Below are positions 1 through 18,127 of a DNA stretch of 64,000 nucleotides, one piece after another. Origin of the DNA: Blastocystis sp. Blastoise (lineage: Eukaryota > Protista > Bigyra: Opalinata); NCBI GenBank assembly GCA_039096225.1, contig JBBPEB010000026.1:248001-312000 (forward strand). The letters run 5' to 3'. A program made the position numbers and the translations under genes. Position 1 is the stretch's first letter. The number at the start of each line of letters is the position of its first letter. The notes under the pieces are model-generated. The model was not told the DNA's origin and did no database searches. It saw only the letters and a program-made list of their open reading frames with translations.

Positions 1-3000
1 TAATATAGTTGATTTATAGGATCCTTTCTCATTATTTCCAGGAATAAATTGATTTATTAAATTGAAATCATTATCAGATACGATATATTTTGTAGATTGA
101 CTATTACTATTTATACTTGAAGAGACACTAGTTGTTGATAATACTGATTTATGAATAGAAGAATTAGATGTATTTTCAGATATAGGAATATTTGATATTA
201 TTGAAGTATCTGATACAGAGGTTGAAGATATAGTTTCAATAGGTTTCAAAGGAGTAGATACAGTAGGTGTAGATACTTTAGGTGTAGATACTTTAGGTAT
301 AGATACAATAGGAGTAGATACAATAGGATTAGATACTATAGGAGTAGATTTAGGAATACTAGATACTATAGGAGTAGATACTATTGAAGGATTATTAAGT
401 GAAGAATTGATAGAAGAAGATGACGATATAGAAATAGAAGTATTAATAGGAGTAGTTTGTTTATTAGATATAATAGTTTGATTAGTAGAGGAAGAGGATG
501 ATAAAGAAGAAGCATCTTTAGTACTAGTAACAATAGAAGTAGTAGTAGTAGAAGAACTAGAACTAGAACTAGAACTAGAAGTATCTTTAGTAGTCGTAAC
601 AGTAGTAGGAGCATCGGAAGACACTGAATTTATAGTATTAACACGATTATTAACACCAGTAGTAATAGTAGCTTTAGAAGAAGAAGATGTTAAAGGTGGA
701 TTACAAATAGGATAATATTGAATAATATTTATATAATCCTTAGGTACAGGATTTGATGTAAACACACACTTTGATTCATTTTTTATCTTTGAAGAGAAAA
801 AAGGATATGTACATGAGTAATTTAACATATTCTTATAAGATGTATATAATTTATCACATCGATTCTTTTGTTGTTTTGGTATATTATAAATATAATATAT
901 ACATGAATTTTGAATAGATGGTTTTATTTGGCATTTCTTTATAATATAATGTCTATATATTAACATATAACGAATTGATCTCAAATATTCAATGAATAAC
1001 GTATCTTTTGGCATATCTTCCTTTTTATTATCTATATATATATATGTATATATAACAATTACTTATTTGAAACAATAATAATTTGATAAAGATAGATATA
1101 TACATATAATATTGACTGAAAATAATCCAATAAGAGAATCAGTTGTATTAAGAAGAATATATAGCTGATGAAGATGCTCTGTTAAAAGTATACAATCTAT
1201 ATACATTGTATATAATAAAAATAAATAGTATATATACTTTTAAATAATATTTGACCAATTCTCTTTGGAGATACTTTTAAAAATGAGTTCATATCCAAAG
1301 AAAAATCAAAACTTAAATCTATATATATGTTATAATATATTGACATTACCAAGAATAATATATTTACTTTGAAATGTAACACATTGAATGCACTCAAATT
1401 TTTTAATACTATCAAAAAGCATATTAAATTCTACGTCTATAGTAATATTTACATCTATATATATATATAAAAAAATAAATATATATCATGAAAACAATTA
1501 ATTAATAATTATAATAAATATATAAGTTCACATAAATATATACCTTTAATAATTAATGAATAAACTCTTGATTTAATTAATGATTCAAATGATTTTATTA
1601 TATTAATAATGGAACACTTAAATGGACCTATATAATTAATAATCAATATAGCATATATATATACCTTGAAGAGTAAAGTCTACAGATCCATTATTCTGTA
1701 AAGATATATTATTATGATTAATAACATATTTTTCATAGACTTCTTGTGTAACTATATAAAGTTATTGAATAATAATAATAATAACAAATAACAATAATAA
1801 AATTATATACCTAATATATGACGTTTACAAGATGATAGTTCATTTTTGCCAGGAATAAATGTATTAAAATAATTAAAATCGGAATCTGATATAGTACTAT
1901 CATCTTTAATAATAGGATTAGTCTTAGTAATATTAGAATTATCATTATTATTAGAAGAAGCAACAGAAGATAAATTAGCAGTATTAGAAGGAATAGAAGG
2001 AGAAATAGAAATACAAGAATTATTATTATTAGAAGGAATAGAAGAAGATATAGAAACACAAGAATTATTATTATTAGAAGGAATAGAAGAAGAAATAGTA
2101 GTATTATTATCGTTAGAAATAACATTATTATTGTTAGAAATAACATTATTATTGTTAGAAATACTAGTATTAGAAGAATTAGTATTAATATTATTATCAT
2201 TAGAGATATCAGATAAAGACTGCGACTTATTAATAATATCATCTATAGATAATTTTCCATTTTCTTCAATAATGCTTGTAATTATATCCTTTATATAGAA
2301 TTCATCTATTTTCTTAACAGTACCATAAGATTCTACTTTTGTATATATATCAATATCTTTAGGACAAAGCTCATCTTTATTCTCTTTCAATGTATATACT
2401 GATATAGAATCTCTTAGTTTATTATATATTGGTATATATTGATACTTATATTGTTTTTGATCCAAATATAAATAAGATACAAATAATTGAAATAATATTC
2501 TATTAGATAATTGATTATAATAATAATATAATGGAGAAGAAGAAGACAAAGTAGATTGAGCTATAGATATATATATGTATAGTATACTATTCTTTATATG
2601 AAGAATAAGATTATTATTATTATATATACATAGAATCGAAGATCGAACAACTAAAGCAAATTGTATCTTTCTACAGTATTCACTTAATAAAGTTATATAG
2701 TTAGAACCATTATCTTTTGCTATAAAATATAATTAGTTTAATGATATATATAAATATATATATATATATATACGTTTAATCCAAAGAGCAATAAGTTGTT
2801 TAAAATAATTGGTTGTCATAATCATATCATATAAGCGAATAATACATTCTTTAGTCATATTGACTTCTATATATAATATATATTCGAAAATATTAGTTTT
2901 AAATATTATTAAAAATATATTTTAAATAAAAATGATGTTTTTCGTAGAGTAAGAATAAGAATACAAAGGAGAGAATAGTTATATATAAACATATAGTAAA

Positions 3001-6000
3001 TACCATTAAAACAAAGATAAGAAATAGAGACAGGACACAATACGACTGCTTGTTTTAAATCTGTTATTATATCCTTAAAGGAACAATCTATATATATATA
3101 TATATATAATTAAATTAATTCTATTTAAAAAACCTAAAAAAAAACATATTATTATAAAGAGTTATTATATATATAATAATTATATTTATAATAGATAATA
3201 ATTAAATATATAAAATAATTACCTTCAAATGAGAAAGATATTAATTGTTGACAATTTTCAAATAGATACATTAATATAGGATAAAAAGCTGCTTTAGAAC
3301 AATCAATCTCTATAATAATATATATGTTTATTTCAAGTTCAATTTCATTTAAATATATATTAAAAGATAACTCATTTATAAAAACATTAGATAATATATA
3401 TATACTTTTCATAGTAATAGCAATAATATAATCAAAATAATCAGAAAATAAAATCAGCATTATTGACATAATATCAGTTTCAAATGGACCTATATACATG
3501 TATAATATAATAATAATATATTAAAAATGAATTATCTCTTTTTTAATACATTTAATCATATATATTTATATACCATGTAAAATTAATGTAAATGGTTTTT
3601 CAGGAATAAGAATCTCTTTCCCATTCTCAAAATATAAAGTATAATCCTTTTGAGTAACTATATACATATTAAATTATTATAATTATATAGCTAAAGAATA
3701 TATATACTAGAAACAATTGGGTTTTCAGTAAATAATGGCAATTCTTTGATTCCCGTAAATAAATGTATATTTATATAATCTGCATTATCATTATAAAAAT
3801 ATATATTTTTAGTTGTCGAAGTTGAATCTATACTACTGTTATTGGTAGAGGAATTAGATTCATTTTCGTGATTATTAGTTGTAGACATTGAAGAATGTGA
3901 AGAATCTAATATTGTTGATGCCTTAGGAGTTATTTCAGCAGTATTAAGTGTATCTGAATGATTCTGAATAATGATATTTTGATTGTTAGAAGAAGCGTTG
4001 GTAGATGATGATATATCTTTAGTATTAGGAATAGTTTGTTTATTAGATATTGATTCATTATCTATTTGATTCTTATTTGAATCAATAGTATCCTTAATAA
4101 TGTTATTCTGACATATAATATTTTCTTTAGCGTTTAAGTCATTAGTAGTAGAAGATAAGTTTGAATTTGATTGACTTATATTACTAGAGAGATCTATAGA
4201 TGGAGGTAGAACTAATGTTGGAGGAACTGGTAAAGATAAAGAGTTCTTAAGATTAGAATTCTTGTTAGTAGTAGTAGTAGTAGCAGTAGTTGATTTATTA
4301 TTGCTTTTAGATTTATGTTTAGTAATAAATGTAAAAGTAGGAGAAGGAGAAGGAGAAGGAGATTGGAAGATAGAATGATGAGGAAGAGGAGGAGGAGGAG
4401 GAGGAGAAATAGACTCAATACTTTCTTTATGAGTATTATCAATAATAATAGTTGTATTATTGTTATTGTTATTGTTATTGTTATTATCAATATCAATATT
4501 CTCATTATTATCATAATTAACCATATTTTTATCCTTATCAGTTTTATTATTATTTTGATTCTTATCATCACTATCTTTATCTTCTGTTTCCTTATCCTTA
4601 TCAATATTACCATTATCATTATCAATAGCATCATCATTATTATTCGTATCATTATCCGATTTAGTAATACTATTATTCATATCTTTATCAGCATTTTTAT
4701 TATCTATACATAAAATTTCTGACCACGAAATAACTGGATAAGATTCTATTTTCTTCAAAAATACAGATACATAATTATTTATATTTTCTTTTTCTATTAT
4801 ATCATCATAAATAGAATCAAATGGAATATCAGTTTTCTTTTCAAATTTGAGATGATAATATCCGTAAAAACTTTCTATTTCTGAAAATGGAAGATTTAAT
4901 ATATCTATATATATATATATATATGAGTAGTCTAGAAGTAATCATGCTTTATAATAGTATTATAAAAGAAATCAAAGTCTCATATCATTACTAATACTTA
5001 TATAAGAAGAATAACTATTATATATATATACTTATGAAATAATACCTAAATCTCATAACAGATTCACATATATTAAAATAATCATGAATATCCATATACT
5101 CATATTCTATTATTCTTTTTACTAATAAATAAAGTAATTAATAAATATTTATATATATATATATATATATATACTATCAAATTGAATATAAAAAAGTTTA
5201 TAGAAAAGAGAGGACTTATTCACAATATCATGAATGGCTGAAATTGTTTCAGAATCCATTAATGCCGCTATATATAATCATATATATGTAATTATATATA
5301 GAATCATTTTTATATTTTATGTATATTTATAATTGTAACAATATATAACCAAAGAATAACAAAAAACTAGAATATCATTATGATTAATACTAGAGTTATT
5401 ATTATTATATATATACCTTTTATAGATAATACATTCAAAGAAGGAAATACAGATTCTGATGGTTCCAGTTCATTGAGACAGTAGAAAAACATAGGAGAGC
5501 AGTCTATAGATATAAATATATAATTATTGTATACTATTTATATTACATAATACTTTGTAAGAAATATAAAGAATATAAGATTTACAAAAAGAATACATAT
5601 ATATATATAGAGAAATGAATATTATAAAGAATTGAATATAAATAGAAATACTTATATACCTTTAATCTCAATTAATCTTAATGAAGGTACTTTAGAAATA
5701 AAATTAACAAACCATTCTATATCTTCCGTTTCATAATAAGTTATATCTTTATATATATAGAGATATATAGAATATATATATAGAGAATAATTAAATTTAA
5801 TAATAGTTCATATTAATCTATCTTTATGGACAAATAGTAAATCAATAATAATAATATATACTTCGAAGAACTAACTGAGTAAAATCAGAAATAGCAACCA
5901 TTTGAGTATTTAAAATATCATTGAGAGTAGAACAATCAATATCTATAGATTTATAGGTATATAGATTTATAGATATATAGATATATACATATCTAGATAT

Positions 6001-6160
6001 ATAGATACACAAATGTATTGATATATAGATATATATAAATAATAAAAAGTATAACGACACATATAATAAAAATACTGCATGCAATAATTCTAATATTTTT
6101 AGATAAATATTTAGTATAGGATCGTTTTGTACTTCTACAATAATTCTGATTATGTTCATC

Positions 6161-6216
<56 letters not shown>

Positions 6217-9200
6217 ATAATAAAAATATAATTATATATATATATACATAATATATCATAACCTGTAAAACTTTCTTTATATATATCTATAAAATGTGGT
6301 GATTTATATGCGTCAGAAGTTGATTCTTGTTCTAATTGAATATATCCTGATTTTGGTGGAACAGATGAAGAAGTATATGATTTCTTTATTGATTTTTTAC
6401 CTGAAACATCCGTTGACTGCTGAGTATTTGAATACATTTGATTATTTCTTATGTTTCGATTAATTATCCTTTCTGGAGTTCTTCCAGAATTACTATTATT
6501 AATAGTAGTTCTATTAGCAGTTGTATTCGTAATTTTAGAACTTGCAGTAGAATTACTATTAGCTTTCATGGCAGATTCCATAATTCTTTTTATTTGCTTT
6601 TTACTCATTTTAGAAAAATCTCCACTGTATTCTTTATTTGTGATTTTTTTGTATTCCTCATAATAACTCATAGCATTTAACTTATTTTTATAGTCATTTA
6701 CATCATTTTGAGTAATAGTAGTTTTGTTATATAATGATATATTCTTCAATCGTTTATAAATAGAAGTATCTAAGTTACATATAGATGAACTTAATGGTGA
6801 AGAAGAAGAAAGTTTAAGTTTTTTATAATCTATATACAGAAATAGTTTAAAACAAGAATATATATATATTATCATGAAAATTATAGTAAAAAATAAAAAG
6901 AAATTATATAAGTAAAGTTATTAGTATATAAACTGAAACATGTCTTAAGATAGTTATAATAAAATAATAATCTAATAAGATAATAAATTACTAATAACAT
7001 AATAACGAAAAACTAGGTAATATTTGATTGTTATTAGTTCTTGATTGTGTGTTTTATTCACAGCTTGAACATTTTTTTCTATATATATATATATATATAT
7101 ATATATTTAACATTTATACATATAATATATAATAGAAAATTATATGGATCCAAATTAAAATATAACAATAGATAATAAGAATGAAATAAATATGATATAT
7201 ACCTTTAATATTGAAGAAAATAAGATAGGGAAAGATATTTGTAGTATTAATAATGTTAGTGAATACTACAAGTGATATATCCACAGACGCTATATATATA
7301 TAATATAAAAGGATAGATCAGATAAAAGTATTTCATATAGAATATTAATAAAATATAAAGTAATATATTTATATACCTTCTATTGACAAAAAATATAAAT
7401 AATTGAAATCTGCAATGTCTGATTTAATGAACAAATCCAAAAATTCTTTATGAATGCAATCTAGAAAAAAATAGTAAAATGTATAATATAGAACAGGGGT
7501 GGAAATATGCAAAAACAATTTTTACAAATTACTTATAAATATCTTATTCTTATATACTTTTAATTTCTAATATAGATAATAATAGCAGTTTGCTTCTTAT
7601 CAAATTTATAAAAAAACTTACATTTCTTATATCCACATATAAATCTATAGAATGCCATATGATAAATAATTATTGAATAAACGTTACTAATAAAAGAAAC
7701 AATGATATCTACTAAATGTAATTATAATTGATGATATACTTTTCATGCATAAATGATCCACATTTCTACAACAAAGACGATTAATAAAAGAATTAAGTAA
7801 TTCTGTTGATGGCAGTTTTTCACCTATATATAATACATATTATTGATTCTAATCTTAAATCTTGTTATTTAGCTTATATGTCATAGATATTAAGTTATTT
7901 AATATAATGTTTAAAATTATGCTAATTATTATGTTATCTATTAACATTACTATGCTTATCAAAATCTAATATTAATAAAAGAGGATAGTATCTTATATAG
8001 AATATTAAAAATATTATGCAGTTACATATATATATATATATATATATATACAATCAAAAATAATTGATCTATAATTTTGGTTTTTAAACTGATCAGTATT
8101 GTTTAATATGCTATCAGCATCATCTACTATATAATTATATATATTTGTATATATGAGAACATAATAAAATAATTGAATATACAAATAAAAAGCTTTGAAT
8201 ATTAATAATAAAAAAAATTATATATATATATATATACAGTAAAGGCATTTATGTCTAACACATTCTTTATATATAAATATATATTCATTATCAAGTATTG
8301 TTGATTGAATTTTTTTATATATATCTTTGTCATTATTTTTAGGATCCAAGTTAGTATTTAATGGATTCTTTGATACAGTTGACTTGATATTTGATTCTAT
8401 TTCTGATTTTAATGGAATAGTTGAATTAATGTTATTCTCTTGCTTGTGATTATTAATTAAAGATATAGAATTGTTGGTAGTAGAAATAGGAGTATTTATA
8501 GTATTTATAGTATCATTTGTAGGAGAGATAAGATTATTATTTGTAGATATAGGTTTAGTACTAGATATAGAATTTTTATCAGTAGATTCAGGTTTAATAG
8601 TAGTAGATATAGAATTGATGGTAGTAGAAATAAGTTTAGTAGTAGTAGTAATAGGTTTAGTAGTAGTAGATATAGTCTTATTATTATTAGAAATAATCTT
8701 ATTAGTAGGAATAGGTTTATTATTAGTAGGAATAGGTTTATTATTAGAAATAGTCTTATTATTAGTAGAAATAGGTTTATTATTGGTAGCTATAGTCTTA
8801 TTAGTAGAAACAGGTTTATTATTAGTAGAAATAGAATTAGTATTAGAAATAGGTTTATTATTAGTAGAAATAGAATTAGTATTAGAAATAGGATTAATAG
8901 TGGGTAGAGAATTATTATTAGTAGATATCGAATTAGTACTAGTAGAGATAGAATTAGCAGTAGATATAGGTTTAGTAGTAGTAGCTATAGGTTTAGTAGT
9001 AGAGATAGAATTATTAGTAGAAATAGGCTTAGTAGTAGAAATAGGTTTATTATTAGTAGAAATAGGCTTATTAGTAGAAATAGGTTTATTATTAGTAGAG
9101 ATAGATTTATTGGTAGGTAGAGAATTAGTATTAGATATAGGTTTAGTAGTAGTAGCTATAGGTTTAGTAGTAGAAACAGGTTTAGTATTAGTAGAAATAG

Positions 9201-11840
9201 GCTTAATAGTAGATATAGAATTATTATTAGTAGAAATAGACTTAGTACTAGTAGACATAAAATCTCTAATATTAGAAATAGAATTCTTATTAGTTGAAGA
9301 AATAGTTTTGTTTTCTTTTGTCTTTTTAGAAGAATTAGCAATACTATTATTAGTTGCTTTTAAGCAAGAGAAAGAAGAATCAACATTGTTTTCTTTTAGT
9401 TTTGAAGTAGGAAGAGTACTTCTAGAAGATGCTTTATATGTTGTTGAAGGAATATTTTTCGATGATGTTCCTTTTGATGAATTGGCATTATTATTAATAT
9501 CATTAACTTTATAATATTTATCAAATAGGTATTGATCTATAGAACTAGAAGTTTCTCTGGTAGAAGAAGATGAATAAGAAGTATTATATATTGATGGTTT
9601 TGTAGATACTGAATGAATAGATTTAGTATTCGTTATAGATGGATTACTATTGATGAATGATGATGATACTGATAATGGGTTAGAAGGAATAGAAGGAGTT
9701 AAATATTTAGTAGTATTTGAGTTATTACTGATAGAAATTGAGTTAGAAATAGGAGAGGAAGTAGAAGTAGAAGAAGAAAAAGAAGAAAAAGAAGCATTTA
9801 TATTAATGGGTTGACTAGAAAAAGATGATGAATATGTGGATGAAGAAGAAATAGTAGTAGTATCACGAGTAGCAGAAGCAGTAGAAGTAGTAGCAGTAGC
9901 GGTAGCAGAAGAAGAAGAAGAAGAAGAAGAAGAATTATTATTATCAATATAAGGTTCTTTACGTTTCCGGAAATCATTTGCTGATTGTACACATCCAAAA
10001 ATACGTGAAAATATTTTTGAGAAGAATCCTTTTTTTTGAGAAGCCTGATTATCTTGATTATTCATTTGATTTTGTGATTTATTTTCATTACTAATATCTG
10101 ATAGAATATGATCTATATTTGTATTTTGATAGAATAGTAATGAAAATTCTTCAGAGTATAATGGGACATTATAACCGTATAATTGACAAATAATAAATGA
10201 ATTATATAAAGAATAATTATTATAGGCGAGAGAAGAAACATAATTCATACATACTAAACTTTGTCTTTGAATTAATCCATTACGTGATAATTCTAAACTA
10301 TATTTAAATATTTTCTTTAGACTTAAAATATCGCCAATGGTGATGTATGTATCTATAAAGAAATAAATATAAATATTTTTTATCATAAATAATAATATAT
10401 TTTTATAAAAACTATATAGCATAATATATATATCATATATAATTACCATTAACATAAATTTTTAAAAAGTTTCGATTTCTATTAAAAGGTAACTTGACAC
10501 TATTAAATGGAGAAATCGTTATTGGATTATCTATATATATAAATATGCAAAGATAAGATATATATATAAATATAATAATAGATATGTAAAAAAAAGGGAG
10601 TTTTATGAATAACAATGAATATATAAGATATATAATATATATATATACATCCAATAAATATATCATTAATTTGAGGGAATGCCAATAATATAAGTGGTAA
10701 TAGTACTACTATATGTGAGTCTTTTAATTCATTATCTATAATTCAAAATGATAATTAGAATATTCAAACATTATATATATATAAAGAGATATAAATGGAT
10801 ACTTTCAATAATTAATGTGTGAATTGAATATGGCATTTTAATATTTTCAATTAATTGTTTAAGTAGATCTTGACTCTTTGAACCTATTATAAATATATAT
10901 ATATTAGTTAATATAAATAGATCAATGTTTCAATTAATACTAATAGATAATAAAAATGTAAAAAAATGTTTTCTTTAAAAATACTAGTTAAACAAGTATT
11001 AGAATACAAACATACTACTAATTTTAAGTATTTCTAGTTCCATATAAGGAAAACCTTTCAAAGCACTTGCAAATTTGTTAACAATTGCTGAGAAAACATC
11101 TCTATTCAAATCTATACAAAAAAACGAATAAGTATTATGATTATATAATTAAATATATATAAAAACATACTTGTTACAGATAAAAATATAAGTTCACGAA
11201 ATGTATATTTTCCAACATGTTCAAAAAATATATTTAATAAAGAAGGTGTCACTAATTCTGTATTTGAACAATCTATATATATATATATATAAACTATTTG
11301 AATACATAAAATTGGCAAAAAATTATATATATATTAATACGACCAAATAGAATTGATAATACAATATTTTATATATGTCATAGAATATATAATAATGTTA
11401 TTTTTAAATATATAGATACCAATTTGAATAACTTGTAATGATTGTAAATAGAGTCTATCAACATAAAAAGTAAAATAACGAAAAGATAAAATTGATTTTG
11501 TTTCTTCATAATGACTAAGTGAATTATCTATATATATAAATATAATATGAATACAAAGAAATATATATATACAACACGTTGCATCAAATAGAAATTTCAC
11601 ATTTTTAATAAGACTGATATAGAGAGTAATACTGTTCTTATTTGTAAGAGACCGTAATTCAGCTTTTACAGGAACAGGTTTATTAAGATAAAGTATTTGT
11701 ACTTGAGATATTTGAGTTGCATCAATCCATTTCTTATATTCCTATAGTTATATATAGCTTAGTCTATACAACTAAGCATAAAACAATACCACAACATAAT
11801 AATGAATCATATTTTCAATAGTAATGTTATCACTCATCAT
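1..11840 (-). CDS. Very large multi-exon protein of unknown function, truncated at the window start; predicted ordered segments interleaved with long S/T/N-rich low-complexity exons
   Basis: ATG at 11840 (MMSDNITIENMIHYVV) is followed by many GT..AG introns. The exons I checked join in frame (e.g. 7460-7377, 7290-7203, 7078-6990, 6830-6262). Long exons match ORFs 8218-10455, 3691-4758 and 1803-2549. No family recognised, and not every junction was checked, so it could be more than one gene. Confidence 0.6.
8550..9260 (-). repeat. Coding tandem repeat, degenerate 6-7 aa unit (TN/TT/TNN-KPIS, TNSIS)
   Basis: Directly visible in the translation of ORF 8218-10455 (STNNKPISTNKPISTNNKPISTTKPIS...). 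Confidence 0.9.
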
Positions 11841-12941
11841 AATCTTCAATGAAGACCATCCATAATATAGTGAAACATACATTTTATGTGGTTAATTAGC
11901 ACGTAGATGCAATGAAACAAAAGGAAAAAGACACAAAAAAAAAAATTCAAGAAAAACGATTAGAGACAGGCAAAGTCCAATAAATTTCTTTGGAACCAAA
12001 ATGTTATTTTAAAAGTTATTTTTCTTGTATAATAATAATAAAACATTTGATTTTTAACTTATGCATATATATTTGTATTCTATATACTTATATTTACCAT
12101 TAGAGAAGGAAAGATCATTAAGTATATATGACAATTAGATGCAAACCATTTTATAAGTGATCTATGTAATTTAATTGTAGTATATATTACTTTATAAACA
12201 GTTCCTGTATTCTATTTAATATTAATAAGGCATTTATAGAATTATTTGTAATCAATACAGTCATAATATTTTGTAAATTTCACCTAAAATCTATCATTAT
12301 GAGTTATAAACTGTTTATTATATACAAGAAAACTATGATTAAATTTATAAACGTTGATATGAATAGAAATGCGTCGATAATTTATAAAATAAGAATATTT
12401 AATAAAAATAAGAATATATATTTAATAATATACACAACCTAATATTCTTATATATATAAAATAAGCAAAAAAATGATATTTGATAGAACATTTTTACAAA
12501 AATGTGATTGATATATATTTATATAGGTTATGGTTTTTTTTATCCAATTTAAAATATGAAAAAATACAGGTACAAATTGAGCATCCAACCCAAAAGATGG
12601 ATCTTCATGGACCTCCATCTAAATGGACTTCTAATTGTGTATCTCTAATTTGTAGTTACTTTTTTAGTATTATAATGAATAAGAAACCTTAAACATATAT
12701 GTATTAGACTCTGCCATTATAGCATATGTCATAAGTTACTTATAAAATGGAAATGATGTAAATGAGATAATTAAGACCTTTTTACATTTTTTAAAATGAG
12801 AATAGAATTAGCTGAGTATAATAAATGAATAGATGAATGATGGGAAATTTAATACACACGAATTATTACTTGAACAACAAAACTAATAAAAAGAAACAAA
12901 AAAACATATAAAAAAGGTTATAAAAATGATAAATCAATAGT

Positions 12942-15289
<2,348 letters not shown>

Positions 15290-15789
15290 GCTTTCTTATA
15301 ATAAATATAGATATCCGTAATGAATTCAACTACTTTTCTTCAGATAAAGGCTTTTCACTTTATTCTTTTGAAAACCAACCTCTTTTGTGTGGATATAAAA
15401 AAATAATCGTGAAACATTGTTTCTTTGACTTTTTAAGACTGTCACTATTTTCAGACAAATTCAGTCACTAGAATTCAGACTTTTGTGTTTTTAGAGATTA
15501 AAAGTGGATTCTCTGATAATGTCGAGGTATTTTGCAGTCATTCCTCAGATGAAGACAGCTAAGAAAATTCGACACTAATGATATTATTGTTAAATCACGA
15601 TTATTTTTTGTTAAACTAGACATTTATGAAAGATAACCAAGAGAAAATGAGATTGAAGGAAAAATATGACAAGCATTCAAAAAAACATTATGACCAGTGA
15701 TTATAAGATTTTTCTTGATAGTAATACAACTGTCGAACTATCGTCATTTTGTGAAATTTTTTTGATTTATTGTTCTGTTCAAAAAAGGT

Positions 15790-18127
15790 ATGTTATCTTT
15801 TGTTTATGAACTATTAATATTACTTGTCGTAATAATTATTGGTTCACTGTTAGTTCTTACAAAAAGGTTTAACAAAGAAAAGTCTAAAGGAAAAAGAAAA
15901 CATAAAGCACATCGTTATTCTGACATTCTTGAACCTGAAATGTTTTTAAAGAAGAAGTGGGGTAAGTCAAAGGACGAAGTTAAACCTGATACTGAAGAGA
16001 AGCACGTTGCTCTCTGTCCTAATTGTGTCCAGTTAATTAGTCAAATTGCTGACGTAAAAAAACAGCTTGCTGCTTTAGATGTCTGTACTACAAAGAGGTT
16101 TTCCATTGCTCCTACTTTGTATACCTATTATCATAATAATGTTATTCAACAACGAATTTCTCGGTATATATTTATTATTTATTTATTAGTTTTAATATGA
16201 GTATTCATATGCTTGATATACATTATTTATTTTAGTTTTATGCATTTTTATTTATTTTTATGAGATTTATTGTTGTAATTATATTATTCGTTTTTATAGA
16301 TTTTATAAGATTATATAAATATTTATTTTTTAATAATTTTTACATATTTTTTATAGTGCTGCAAGTCAATTATCTCAAGATATTTTGGATCAAACACCTC
16401 AACCTGATGAAGATATTTATAATGAAGAGATTATTAAGAATGCTACACCCGATCTCCCTATTGAATATTTCTCTACACCTGATTTCGCAAATTTATTTAT
16501 ACAACAATGTTCTAGAATACGTATATAATAATAATAATAATGTTTATAATCATAGTATTGATGAGAATCATAATAATAATAAAATAATATATAGGTGAGA
16601 TACTGATAAAAGAGCCTCGTGTTTTACGATTAAAATCACCTATTTATATATTTGGTGATTTCCATGGGAATATGAGTGATTTAATGTCATTTGCTAAGGT
16701 ATTATGGCCTTTAGGCATGCATTTAACTCCAGGATGCTTCTTATTCTTAGGAGATTATGTCGATAGAGGTCCTTATTCATTAGAAGTATTAACATATTTA
16801 TTTGCTCAAAAGATATTACTTCCTGAAAAAGTATTCTTATTAAGAGGAAATCACGAACTAAAAGCCGTCAATGTATATAATATTATATTATATAATATAA
16901 TAGAATAACTATAATATAATTTAATATAATAGAATAACTATAATATTATATATATATTTCTTTCATATTGTTACTTATTCTATTATATAGGGTTGGGAAT
17001 CATTTTATGGTACCAAATGTTTTTTGGGTCAATTAAAACAACGATTTGGTGCTGTTACTGGAAAATTAGTATATATATTTATATTCAAAAATATTTTTTT
17101 TTATTTTATTATTTTTTGTTTAGTATGATATATAGATTCAAATATATATATATATTGATTTATCTCTTTAGATGTGGAATGCAGCAAATAGTGTTTTTGA
17201 TTGTTTGCCGTTTGCTGCCGTTGTAGATGACGTCATCTTTTGTGTTCACGGCGGTATCCCTCGTCCAATCAATGAGAATCAGCCTGCGTCATTGGAATAT
17301 ATTAATAATATTCCTTGTCCTATTTCTATTAGACCGGCTACTTCTGGAGAAACTCTAGAAGTATATATATATAAGATATTATTATTTTTAGTTATTTTTA
17401 TTATTTATTATTTTTATTATTTATTATTTTTTATTATTTATTATTTTTATTAATTATTTTATTATTATTTTTAATTATTATTTTTAATTATTATTTTTAA
17501 TTATTATTATTTTATTATTCTATTATTTTTAATTAGTATTTTTATTATTATTTCTGTAGATTACTTTACTATTATATTATATTATATCTATAGATAAAGC
17601 AAGTTACGAATGATTTATTATGGGCTGACCCAGCACAAGCCAATCAGGAGTCGATGTTGGATGACGATGGTTTTGGTGAGGGAGAACGAGGTCCTGGTGC
17701 CATTTGTTTTGGCGCTAAAGCTGTGAATGATTTCCTTGAGGATAATGGCTTAACTCACGTGATACGTGCACATGAACCGACACAACAGGGTGTAGCGATC
17801 AGTAAAGGAGCGAAACTTATCACTATCTTTAGTACTTCAAGAGTATATTATGCTTATTATACTTATTATTAGTGTATTAATTTATATATATATATATATA
17901 GGATCATGGTTGTGAAAATGCTTTTTGTGGTTGTCTCCTTGTTGATCGAACAGTATTTATATTATATATAGTATATTATATATATTATATTATATAGAAT
18001 ATAATTGCTATTAATCATCCAGATGCATCAATTCCTCATCGTTATTCTTATGGTATATATCTATATATTTAAAATATAATATATATTTATTTTTTCTATA
18101 GATGAAACTATGGATTTATTATCATAA
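15790..18127 (+). CDS. PPP-family Ser/Thr protein phosphatase with an N-terminal signal-anchor, multi-exon
   Basis: GDFHG, GDYVDRG and LRGNHE metallophosphoesterase motifs, plus FCVHGG, DLLWADP and IRAHE. Hydrophobic N-terminus. Last exon DETMDLLS* (TAA at 18125-18127). Confidence 0.92.

Noticed and set aside
8471-9514. 347-aa hydrophobic plus-strand ORF (LLVEIG repeats)
   Set aside because: It is the antisense mirror of the TNKPIS coding repeat and has no ATG start.
12480-12820. Short ORF and possible C/D-box-like words between gene 1 and NAF1
   Set aside because: The ORF has no ATG start or recognisable motif, the C box is imperfect, and no terminal stem was seen.
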